This document shows, in pieces, positions 8,702-17,148 of a stretch of DNA of 64,000 nt. The stretch comes from Nibricoccus sp. (GTDB lineage: Bacteria > Verrucomicrobiota > Verrucomicrobiia > Opitutales > Opitutaceae), in contig JASGHG010000001.1 of the NCBI GenBank assembly GCA_047602425.1, positions 2,784,001 to 2,848,000 on the forward strand, given 5' to 3'. Made by a program: the position numbers and the translations under genes. Numbering within the stretch: the stretch's first letter is position 1; each line of letters begins with the position of its first letter. The notes under the pieces are model-generated. The model ran no database searches and was not told the origin of the DNA. It worked only from the letters and a program-made list of their open reading frames with translations.

Positions 8702-9466
8702 ATGTCAGTCGTTATTAATACAAACTATGCTGCCACGGTTGCGTCCAATAATCTGGCCGCATCGAGCAGCAACCTGCAGAAGAGCCTGAATCGGCTCTCG
8801 AGCGGCTCTAAGATCGTCAGTCCGGCGGATGACGCCGGTGGCTTGGCTGTGTCGATGAAGTTGTCTGCCGCGTCCAAACGCCAAGGCGCGATTGCCAACA
8901 ACATCAGCAACGCCACGGCCTTCCTGCAAACACAGGATGGCGCCCAGAAGGTGGCCAGCAAGGTACTCGAGCGCATGAGCGAACTCGCCACGCTGTATAC
9001 CGATGTCACGAAATCCAGTAGTGACCTCGCCAACTACAGCACGGAGTTCACCGCGCTGAATGCCCAGCTGACCCTGCTCAGCAACGAGCAGTTCAACAGC
9101 AAGAACATCTTTGGTACCGCGCTCAGCGTGGTCGCCAACGATGCCGGTGGCACGATCTCGTTAACCTCGAAGACCGCTGTTGCCGCTCAGGCGATCGGCA
9201 GCGGAGCTGCCATCCAGACCGCGATTCAGTCATTGGCTACGGACCGCGCCGCCAACGGTGCGGAACAGAGCCAGCTGAGCTTCGCTGCGGATATGGTGAC
9301 AACCAACAAGGCTAATATCGAAGCCGCCAACAGCCGCATCCTCGATGTGGACGTTGCCGAGGAATCGACCCAGCTCGCACGTTGGAACACCTTGGTCCAG
9401 GCCGGCACCTCCATGCTCGCCCAGGCCAATGGTTCGGCCCAGATCGCGTTGAAACTACTGCAGTAA
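8702..9466 (+). CDS. fliC: Flagellin 4 (254 aa)
   Basis: Paralog of flagellins 1-3. Confidence 0.97.
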   Translation: MSVVINTNYAATVASNNLAASSSNLQKSLNRLSSGSKIVSPADDAGGLAVSMKLSAASKRQGAIANNISNATAFLQTQDGAQKVASKVLERMSELATLYTDVTKSSSDLANYSTEFTALNAQLTLLSNEQFNSKNIFGTALSVVANDAGGTISLTSKTAVAAQAIGSGAAIQTAIQSLATDRAANGAEQSQLSFAADMVTTNKANIEAANSRILDVDVAEESTQLARWNTLVQAGTSMLAQANGSAQIALKLLQ

Positions 9467-9502
9467 AATATAAAAAACATAAAAGTCTGATAAGGTTTCC
9501 CA

Positions 9503-9543
9503 AGAGCCTCCGCGTGTTCACCGCGCGGAGGCTCTCTTTTTTT
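9503..9543 (+). terminator. Rho-independent terminator closing the flagellin array
   Basis: AGAGCCTCCGCGTG-TTCAC-CGCGCGGAGGCTCT stem followed by CTTTTTTT. Confidence 0.85.
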
Positions 9544-9555
9544 GAAGATTGCGAC

Positions 9556-11580
9556 ATGCGCATTTACGCGTGGAATGGCGGCGCAAAACGCAGCCACGTG
9601 CCATCGATTCCCCCACAACTGGAAAAAGCCCTCCGCCTCCACCGCTCCGGCCAGCTGGTCGAAGCCGCTCTGCTATACCGTGAATTTCTTCGCAAATCGC
9701 CAAACCATCCCGATGCGCTAAACTTGCTCGGCTTGGTGCGTCAGCAAACGGGTGAACACGTCCTGGCGGTGGAGTCTTTTACCAAGGCCTCGGCGGTCGC
9801 ACCGAAAAACGCCGGCATTCTGCTCAATCGCGGCCTTTCGCTGCGCGCGCTTGGCCGGACAGACGAGGCTCTGGCCGATTTCAACCAGGCCGTCGGGCTC
9901 GATCCGTCGCAGGCCGAGGCGCACCACCAGCTGGGCAACCTTTTTAAAAGCCTCAACCGCTACACAGAGGCAACCGCAAGCTTGCGCCGTGCCTCTGAGC
10001 TCGCTCCAAAAAACGCCGCGATCTGGCTCAATTTGGGTGTGGCTTTGCTGACGCAGTCTGGGCGGGACGAGGCCATCGCCTGTTTTCAAAAAGCCATCGC
10101 GCTCGAACCCGGCCGGGCGGAAGCGCACAATATCCTCGGCAGCGCGCTGCTCGATGCGGGGCGCTCCAGCGAAGCCCGCGTGCAACTGGAGAAGGCTCTC
10201 CAACTCAAACCCGCGTATTCAGCGCCCCACGACAATTTGGGCCGGCTTTTTCGAGCCCAAGGCCGGGCCGTCGAAGCGCTTGCCGAATTCCGGAAGGCGC
10301 TGGCGGGGCAGGCGAACGCCGGCACGCACAGCAATCTGGTGTACGCGCTCAATTTCGTTCCGGACCTGCCGGCGGCCGAGATTTTTGCCGAGCACAAACG
10401 ATGGGCGGAGATTTATGCCGAACCATTAAAATCGAAACAAATTCCGCTGGAGAATGACTTCGAACCGGCCCGCCGTCTGCGCATCGGTTATGTCTCCCCG
10501 GACTTTATCCATCACGCCGTTTCTTACTTCATCGAGCCCGTTTTGACCGCGCACAATCGGGCGCAGGTCGAGATTTTCTGCTACTCCAATGTCGCCGGGC
10601 CGGACCAGGTGACCCAACGCCTGCGCGCGCTGAGCGACCACTGGCGCGACATCGCGCCGCTCGGCGACGAGCAGGTGGCCGAACTGATTCGCAGCGACAA
10701 AATCGATATCCTGGTCGACCTCGCGGGCCACACGGCGCGCAACCGCCTGCTCGTTTTCGCGCGCAAGCCCGCCCCGGTGCAAGTCACCTGGATCGGATAT
10801 CCCAATACAACGGGGCTCGACGCGGTCGACTGGCGCCTGACCGACGCCATCAGCGATCCGCCGGGAGAAACCGAACCATTTTACAGCGAAAAGCTCGTCC
10901 GCTTGCCCGGCCCATTTTCGGTTTACCGGCCCTCCGACGACGCTCCGCCGGTCGCGCCGCCGCCAGCGCTGAAAAACGGCTGCGCCACTTTTGGCAGCTT
11001 CAATCACTTCGCTAAAATTTCGCCGCAGGTTCTGGCGTTGTGGGCGCGGCTATTGGCACGTTTGCCTGGAACCAGGCTTTTCATGAAAGCGCGGGGCTTG
11101 GCCGATCCCGAGACGGCCGGTCGCGTTCGCGAAACTTTCGCCAGCCAGGGAGTATCGCCCGATCGGCTGGAATTGCGGAGCGACGAACTTTCCGTGGTTG
11201 ACCACCTCAACCTTTATCACGGCGTGGATATCGCGCTCGATACTTTTCCCTACAACGGCACGACCACGACCTGCGAAGCGCTCTGGATGGGCGTGCCCGT
11301 TGTAGCGCTGGCCGGCCAAACGCACGTGGCACGCGTCAGCGCCAGCCTGCTCACGCATTTGGGGCGTTCGGAATGGATCGGTCATTCCGAGGACGATTAC
11401 CTCGAAAAATGTATCCAACTCGGCTCGGATCCATTGCATCTAGCCGAAATCCGGACTGGCCAGCGCGAACGCATGCGTTGCAGTCCGATCTGTGACGCGG
11501 TGCGTTTCACTGCTCAATTGGAAGACACGTACCGTGAACTCTGGCGGCGCTGTTGTGACGAGAAGCGGGCTGAGTGTTAG
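9556..11580 (+). CDS. TPR-repeat + GT41 (OGT/SPINDLY-like) protein O-glycosyltransferase
   Basis: Multiple N-terminal TPRs, then RIGYVSPDF..HAV, DILVDLAGHT, KPAPVQVTWIGYPNTTG and DIALDTFPYNGTTTTCEALWMGVPV. Start is ATG 9556 or GTG 9598. Confidence 0.9.
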   Translation: MRIYAWNGGAKRSHVPSIPPQLEKALRLHRSGQLVEAALLYREFLRKSPNHPDALNLLGLVRQQTGEHVLAVESFTKASAVAPKNAGILLNRGLSLRALGRTDEALADFNQAVGLDPSQAEAHHQLGNLFKSLNRYTEATASLRRASELAPKNAAIWLNLGVALLTQSGRDEAIACFQKAIALEPGRAEAHNILGSALLDAGRSSEARVQLEKALQLKPAYSAPHDNLGRLFRAQGRAVEALAEFRKALAGQANAGTHSNLVYALNFVPDLPAAEIFAEHKRWAEIYAEPLKSKQIPLENDFEPARRLRIGYVSPDFIHHAVSYFIEPVLTAHNRAQVEIFCYSNVAGPDQVTQRLRALSDHWRDIAPLGDEQVAELIRSDKIDILVDLAGHTARNRLLVFARKPAPVQVTWIGYPNTTGLDAVDWRLTDAISDPPGETEPFYSEKLVRLPGPFSVYRPSDDAPPVAPPPALKNGCATFGSFNHFAKISPQVLALWARLLARLPGTRLFMKARGLADPETAGRVRETFASQGVSPDRLELRSDELSVVDHLNLYHGVDIALDTFPYNGTTTTCEALWMGVPVVALAGQTHVARVSASLLTHLGRSEWIGHSEDDYLEKCIQLGSDPLHLAEIRTGQRERMRCSPICDAVRFTAQLEDTYRELWRRCCDEKRAEC

Positions 11581-11842
11581 GCTAAGCAATAGCGGCAAAT
11601 CTTGCCGCCAAGTCGCACGCAGTGAATTTCCTCATTTGGCTTCGTCGGCGAGGACGGATAATTGAAGACTCGGGACTTTCTGAGCTCGAAATGCAATTGA
11701 GCTGCGAGGGCAGGTTGCTGTGCGGCAATTTTTTCCGCTAGTGGTTGCTTCACAAGTTACGCACGCTGTTATTCGACAAACGGAATAAATTAATTTGGCG
11801 TAACTTGCTGACAAACAAATAGGTAAAACACCCTAGATCTCC

Positions 11843-11860
11843 TTGGCTTAGGATTTGCAT
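11843..11860 (+). promoter_or_regulatory. Possible sigma-54 -24/-12 promoter for the sugar-biosynthesis operon
   Basis: TTGGCTTAGGATTTGCAT has GG-N10-GC spacing and sits in an AT-rich intergenic region. Confidence 0.4.
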
Positions 11861-11874
11861 GTGGGGCACTGACA

Positions 11875-12825
11875 ATGAAAAATGCATCATCCCCTACTGT
11901 TTTGATTACTGGAGTAGCTGGTTACTTGGGCTCGGTGGTCGCCGAACATTTTTTGAATGCGGGGCACCGCGTTATCGGCATTGATAACCTGAGTTTTGGT
12001 TCGGCTCCGCTCAACCATTTATGTTCTCGCCCTGAATTTGAGTTTATCCGTGAGGACGCCCGCAACGAGGCTGCCATGGCCGCGTTGGTCAAAAAATCCG
12101 ACGTGATCATCCCTCTGGCGGCGGTCGTCGGCATGCCGGCGTGTCTGCGCGATCCATGGCTGGCTCAATCGGTTAATCTTGAGGCGATCCGGATGCTCAA
12201 TCGGGTTCGTTCGCCCAACCAACTTGTCATTTATCCCAATACCAACAGCGGCTACGGCATAAAATCCGGTTCGAGCTTTTGCACGGAAGAGACGCCGTTG
12301 GATCCGATTTCTTTGTATGGGCAGACGAAATGTCAGGCTGAACTCGAACTACTTAATTCCGCCAATACGATCACGCTTCGCCTCGCCACGGTGTTTGGCA
12401 TGTCGCCGCGCATGCGACTCGATTTGTTGGTCAACCATTTCGTCTACACCGCGATTACGGATGGCTACCTCGTGATTTTTGAAAAGGATTTCAAACGCAA
12501 TTTCGTGCACGTCCGTGATGTCGCCGATTGCATGCTTCACTGTGTTGCCAACTCCGGAAAAATGGTGGGCAAGCCTTACAATGTCGGCCTGGACAGTGCC
12601 AATCTCTCCAAGGCGGAACTCGCCATGAAGGTGAAGGAGTTTGTCCCAAATTTCTATATTCACTTCTCCGAGGTGGGAACCGATCCGGACAAACGAAACT
12701 ATATCGTATCCAATCAGCGGTTACGTGAAGCCGGATTCGAAGCCAAGCGGTCGCTGGAAACCGGCATCCCGGAATTGATCAAGGGTTATCGGTTGATCGG
12801 ACGTTCACCTTACAAAAACGTGTGA
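11875..12825 (+). CDS. NAD-dependent NDP-sugar epimerase/dehydratase/reductase (extended SDR)
   Basis: TGVAGYLG Rossmann motif and YGQTK catalytic YxxxK. Confidence 0.9.
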   Translation: MKNASSPTVLITGVAGYLGSVVAEHFLNAGHRVIGIDNLSFGSAPLNHLCSRPEFEFIREDARNEAAMAALVKKSDVIIPLAAVVGMPACLRDPWLAQSVNLEAIRMLNRVRSPNQLVIYPNTNSGYGIKSGSSFCTEETPLDPISLYGQTKCQAELELLNSANTITLRLATVFGMSPRMRLDLLVNHFVYTAITDGYLVIFEKDFKRNFVHVRDVADCMLHCVANSGKMVGKPYNVGLDSANLSKAELAMKVKEFVPNFYIHFSEVGTDPDKRNYIVSNQRLREAGFEAKRSLETGIPELIKGYRLIGRSPYKNV

Positions 12826-13586
12826 ACCCTGTTTCTTCAGATTCCGTGAATATGCCCGACGTCGCCATCCTTTGCGGTGGTTTGGGCACGCGGTTGCGAT
12901 CGGCTGTGGCGGATCGACCCAAGGCTTTGGCCGAGGTGGCCGGGCGTCCGTTTCTTGCTTGGCTGCTTGATCTGCTCGACTTCCATGGTTTTCAGCGCGT
13001 GGTGCTTTGCACTGGTTATCAGGCGGAGCAAATCGAAGCGGAATTTGGAGCGGTCTATAAAAGGCTGCGCCTGCAATATTCGCGAGAGCCTTCCTTGGTT
13101 GGAACGGGTGGCGCGTTGCGCCACGCCTTGCCGTTGTTTCGCTCATCGAGCGTTTTGGTGGTGAACGGTGATTCGTATTGTCATGCGGACCTCGCGGGCT
13201 TTTGGCGTGGCCATAACGTGGCGCATGCCGTTGCCAGCATGGTTCTGACGCACGTGCAGGACTCCAGTCGTTTTGGTTCGGTTCAATTGAACGACGAGGG
13301 GAATGTCGCTGCCTTTCAGGAAAAAGCAGCCAGTGCAGGACCGGGCTGGATCAATGCAGGAATATATGTCGTCAGCCGCGCACTATTGCAGGCGATTCCC
13401 GAGAACGTGGTTTGCTCTCTGGAACGGGAAATCTTTCCCGCATGGATCAAGCTTGGCCTTCGCGGGGTGAAAACCGAGGGTGCGTTCATCGACATTGGTA
13501 CACCCGAATCATACGCCAGCGCCAACCATTTCTTTGGCGAACTGGCTGCTGAACAACTTCAATCAATCAAAACATCGGTCGAATAA
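12822..13586 (+). CDS. Sugar-1-phosphate nucleotidyltransferase (HddC-like)
   Basis: LCGGLGTRLRS.V.DRPK, GTGGAL, NGDS, INAGIY and FIDIGTPE motifs. Confidence 0.88.
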   Translation: MNPVSSDSVNMPDVAILCGGLGTRLRSAVADRPKALAEVAGRPFLAWLLDLLDFHGFQRVVLCTGYQAEQIEAEFGAVYKRLRLQYSREPSLVGTGGALRHALPLFRSSSVLVVNGDSYCHADLAGFWRGHNVAHAVASMVLTHVQDSSRFGSVQLNDEGNVAAFQEKAASAGPGWINAGIYVVSRALLQAIPENVVCSLEREIFPAWIKLGLRGVKTEGAFIDIGTPESYASANHFFGELAAEQLQSIKTSVE

Positions 13587-13601
13587 CCCCGGAGAAGCGT
13601 C

Positions 13602-14711
13602 ATGATCATTACCCGTACCCCCTATCGTATTTCATTTTTCGGCGGCGGCACCGACTATCCCGGCTGGTATCGCCAGCACGGCGGAGCGGTGCTGTCTACG
13701 TCGATCGACAAGTATTGTTATATAACCTGCCGGTATCTGCCGCCGTTCTTCGATTACCGTTATCGCGTTGTCTATTCAAAGATCGAAAATGTATCGCGAA
13801 TTGACGATGTCATACATCCGGCCGTTCGTGAAGGGCTGCGTTTTATGAATCAGGAGCGCGGCCTTGAGATCCATCACGACGGAGACTTGCCGGCCCGTAG
13901 TGGCATGGGCTCTAGTTCGTCATTCATGGTCGGCCTTTTGCATACTCTGCACGCACTGAACGGGGCGATGCCGAGCAAGAAGCAGCTGGCCCTTGAAAGC
14001 ATCGATATCGAGCAGAACATGATTAAGGAGAACGTTGGGTCGCAGGACCAGGTTGCGGCTGCTTATGGCGGTTTTAACCACATTGTTTTCCACGAGAGCG
14101 GGGAGATTACAGTGCGTCCCGTGACGCTGGCGCCCGAGCGTTTCACAGAATTGAACAACCATCTGATGTTGTTCTACACGGGGATCAAGCGGACGGCTTC
14201 GGACGTGGCTGCGAGTTATATCAACAATTTGGACGATAAGAAGCGGCAGTTGCGAATCATGAAGGATCTGGTGGATGAAAGCATCAAGGTCTTGTTGAAT
14301 CGGCATCCCATCGCGGATTTCGGAGCTCTGCTTAACGAAGCTTGGTCGGTAAAGCGTAGTTATAGTTCGTCTGTCTCGAATTCCGAGGTGGAGACGGTTT
14401 ACGCCAAGGCCCAGGCAGCAGGTGCGCTCGGCGGCAAGTTGCTCGGTGCTGGTGGCGGAGGTTTTATGTTGTTGTTTGTGCCTCCGGAAAAACAAGCCGA
14501 TGTCGCCAATGTCCTCAACGGCCTGATCCGCGTGCCGTTCACGTTTGAACATTCGGGTTCGCAAATCATCTTTTTCGAGCCGGAAAAAAATCACGACAAC
14601 ATCGAGGCTCAAAGAATCGGCAAAGTGCTGCAGCCTTTCCATGAACTCGGCGACGCTATCACGCCGTTCGATCCTTCTCCGTCGTTTCCCTCCGCCTTTG
14701 CGGCATCCTAA
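13602..14711 (+). CDS. GHMP sugar kinase (HddA-like heptose-7-phosphate kinase)
   Basis: TPYRISFFGGGTD, DLPARSGMGSSS, GSQDQ and GGKLLGAGGGGF motifs. Confidence 0.88.
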   Translation: MIITRTPYRISFFGGGTDYPGWYRQHGGAVLSTSIDKYCYITCRYLPPFFDYRYRVVYSKIENVSRIDDVIHPAVREGLRFMNQERGLEIHHDGDLPARSGMGSSSSFMVGLLHTLHALNGAMPSKKQLALESIDIEQNMIKENVGSQDQVAAAYGGFNHIVFHESGEITVRPVTLAPERFTELNNHLMLFYTGIKRTASDVAASYINNLDDKKRQLRIMKDLVDESIKVLLNRHPIADFGALLNEAWSVKRSYSSSVSNSEVETVYAKAQAAGALGGKLLGAGGGGFMLLFVPPEKQADVANVLNGLIRVPFTFEHSGSQIIFFEPEKNHDNIEAQRIGKVLQPFHELGDAITPFDPSPSFPSAFAAS

Positions 14712-14781
14712 CGCCCCCCCCGACGAATTGCCTTAATCCTCAAGCGGCCCTCAGCCGCCTGAAAAATATTTCTACCGCCCC

Positions 14782-15396
14782 ATGCCGATCACGACGCTCA
14801 CAGCCCAAGATTTAGTCCGTTTCGAAGAGGATATCGCCGCGGAATTCAACGCCGGGAAGATTCGCGCCCCTGTCCACCTCTACTCCGGTTGTGAGGAGCA
14901 GATGCTCCAGATCTTCGATAAAGTGCAGTCTGATGATTGGGTCATGTGCTCTTGGCGGAGCCATTATCAATGTCTTCTCAAGGGCGTGCCGCCCGCGGAA
15001 GTTAAAGCCGAAATCATGGCTGGTCGCTCGATCACGCTTTGTTTTGCGGCGCAGCGCATCTTTTCTTCGGCCATTGTCACGGGCATTTTGCCGATTGCTG
15101 TTGGTATTGCCCTTGGGATCAAACGTCGTGGCGGCTCGGAAAAAGTCTGGTGTTTTCTCGGCGAGATGACGGGCGAAACCGGCGCGGCTTACGAATGTAT
15201 CAAGTACGCCACCAACTTCGATCTGCCGATTCACTTTGTCGTCGAGGACAACGGTAAATCCGTCTGCACCGATACGCGCCAGACGTGGAATCAGCCAGTG
15301 CTCACTTGGGAGGGCAAGCCGCACCCGAAGATAACCTATTACAAGTACCAAACCAAATACCCGCATGCCGGTGCCGGCAAACGTGTGCAGTTTTGA
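14782..15396 (+). CDS. Short TPP-dependent dehydrogenase E1 alpha-like subunit
   Basis: PVHLYSG.E, WRSHY and TPP motif variant GEM...G...E......LPIHFVVEDN. Only 204 aa. Confidence 0.8.
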   Translation: MPITTLTAQDLVRFEEDIAAEFNAGKIRAPVHLYSGCEEQMLQIFDKVQSDDWVMCSWRSHYQCLLKGVPPAEVKAEIMAGRSITLCFAAQRIFSSAIVTGILPIAVGIALGIKRRGGSEKVWCFLGEMTGETGAAYECIKYATNFDLPIHFVVEDNGKSVCTDTRQTWNQPVLTWEGKPHPKITYYKYQTKYPHAGAGKRVQF

Positions 15397-15402
15397 TTTC
15401 CC

Positions 15403-15939
15403 ATGAAATATTTCGACGAACTCAAACGCTCGATGGACTGGCTGGCCCGCGATCCGCGCGTGCTTTTTCTTGGGCAAGCCGTGGAAGTCCCTGGCACCGC
15501 AATGAGCAACACGCTCAAAGACGTGCCGCGCGAAAAACTCCTTGAGATGCCGGTCGATGAAGACATGCAGATGGGAATTACCAACGGGCTTGCGCTTCAG
15601 GGTCACGTCCCGGTCTCCATTTTTCCTCGGTGGAATTTTCTCCTTTTGGCAACGAACCAGATCGTCAACCACCTCGACAAGATCCACACGATGTCGGCCG
15701 GCGGTTACGCACCGAAGGCGATTATCCGCACCGGCATCGGCTCAGAGCGCCCGCTACATCCGGGTCACCAGCATGTTGGTGACTACACGGAGGCTTTTCG
15801 CCACCTGTGCAAATGGATCGACATCATCCGCGTGGATGAACCCGAACAAATCTTTCCCGCCTACGAAAAAGCACTCCTCCGCGAGGACGGACGCTCGACC
15901 GTAATTGTCGAATGGGGCGACTTCTATAGCGAAAAATGA
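15403..15939 (+). CDS. Short E1 beta/transketolase pyrimidine-binding subunit
   Basis: EMPVDEDMQMG...GLAL.G..P, NQIVN and GHQH motifs. 178 aa, lacking the C-terminal domain. Confidence 0.8.
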   Translation: MKYFDELKRSMDWLARDPRVLFLGQAVEVPGTAMSNTLKDVPREKLLEMPVDEDMQMGITNGLALQGHVPVSIFPRWNFLLLATNQIVNHLDKIHTMSAGGYAPKAIIRTGIGSERPLHPGHQHVGDYTEAFRHLCKWIDIIRVDEPEQIFPAYEKALLREDGRSTVIVEWGDFYSEK

Positions 15940-17120
15940 ACACCACCACCACGCTCGACTGGCCGCTGATGGCCAACAATGTCACCCGGTCGGATCTTGA
16001 TCGATTGATCGCTCATTTGCAGCAGCCCGATCCGCGTCTGACGCACGGCCCCGCCGTCCGCTCGTTCGAACGCGAATGGGCCAAGTGGACCGGCACGAAA
16101 TATTGCGTGATGCTGAATTCCGGTTCCTCGGCCAACGAGCTGACGATGCTCGCACTGCGTGCCATGAAGGGGGAAGGGGAGGTTATTGTGCCGCCGCTCA
16201 CCTGGGTTTCTGATATTGCTTCGGTATTGCACGCGGGACTCACGCCAGTTTTTGCCGATATCAATCCGCGCACACTCGGCATGGATACTGAAGAGATTCT
16301 CAAAAAAATCACGCCGCGCACGAAGGCCGTTTTTCTTACGCATATCCTCGGTTACAACGCCCTGACGCGCCGCCTGGTCGATGAACTCGCACGACTCGGC
16401 ATTCCGCTCATCGAGGATGTTTGCGAATCCCACGGCGCAACCTTTGAAGGCCGTCGTTGCGGTAGCTGGGGTTGGGCTTCCAACTTCTCATTTTATTATG
16501 CGCACCATCTCAGTACGATCGAGGGCGGCTGCGTTTGCACAAATGACGAGGAGCTTTACGAAACCGTGCGCATGATGCGTTCGCACGGCATGACGCGTGA
16601 GATCGACAACACCGCCATGCGTCAGAGCTGGGGGAACCGCCACCCAGATCTAAATCCCGATTTCATCTTTGCGCATGCCTCCCACAATATGCGCGCCACG
16701 GAGTTGCAAGGTGTGCTTGGCCTCGCTCAGCTTCCCCGCCTCGACGCCAACAACGTCACGCGCAGCGAAAATCTCCGGGCGTTTCTCTCGGGCCTCGATT
16801 CCTCAAGATTCTTCACCGAGTTCGACCAGAACGGTAGCAGCAATTACGCCTTCACTTTGATCCTGCGCCAACCCGACACGGCTTTGCGCGATCGCATCGA
16901 GGCGACCCTTCGCGCCGCTCGGGTCGAGTTTCGTCGCGGCACCTCCGGTGGAGGCAATCAGCTTCGCCAGCCCTACATGCGGCAGCGCTTCCCCAAGCTA
17001 AATCCACAGGATTTTCCTCACGTGGATCACATCCATTTCTTCGGTTGGTACATTGGCAATTACCCCGATCTTGATGCATCGCTCATTCCGCAACTTTGCG
17101 CGCTGGTTAATACTGCATAA
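15936..17120 (+). CDS. DegT/DnrJ-family PLP enzyme, ColD-like NDP-4-keto-6-deoxysugar 3-dehydratase
   Basis: NSGSSAN, EDVCESHGA and SFYYAHHLSTIEGG, with His in the position of the usual PLP-binding Lys. Confidence 0.8.
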   Translation: MNTTTTLDWPLMANNVTRSDLDRLIAHLQQPDPRLTHGPAVRSFEREWAKWTGTKYCVMLNSGSSANELTMLALRAMKGEGEVIVPPLTWVSDIASVLHAGLTPVFADINPRTLGMDTEEILKKITPRTKAVFLTHILGYNALTRRLVDELARLGIPLIEDVCESHGATFEGRRCGSWGWASNFSFYYAHHLSTIEGGCVCTNDEELYETVRMMRSHGMTREIDNTAMRQSWGNRHPDLNPDFIFAHASHNMRATELQGVLGLAQLPRLDANNVTRSENLRAFLSGLDSSRFFTEFDQNGSSNYAFTLILRQPDTALRDRIEATLRAARVEFRRGTSGGGNQLRQPYMRQRFPKLNPQDFPHVDHIHFFGWYIGNYPDLDASLIPQLCALVNTA

Positions 17121-17148
17121 CGATATTCCTTAACTCTTCTCTACCGCC

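Larger units (their letters stand above)
5513..9466 (+). repeat. Tandem array of four flagellin gene + spacer units, period 1064/1064/1061 bp
   Basis: Starts at 5513, 6577, 7641 and 8702. Each CDS is 765 bp; spacers are 299, 299 and 296 bp and mutually homologous. Confidence 0.95.

Noticed and set aside
9382..9555. N-terminal extension of the TPR-GT41 ORF overlapping flagellin 4
   Set aside because: It overlaps the flagellin 3' end and crosses the terminator; the start is more plausibly 9556 or 9598.
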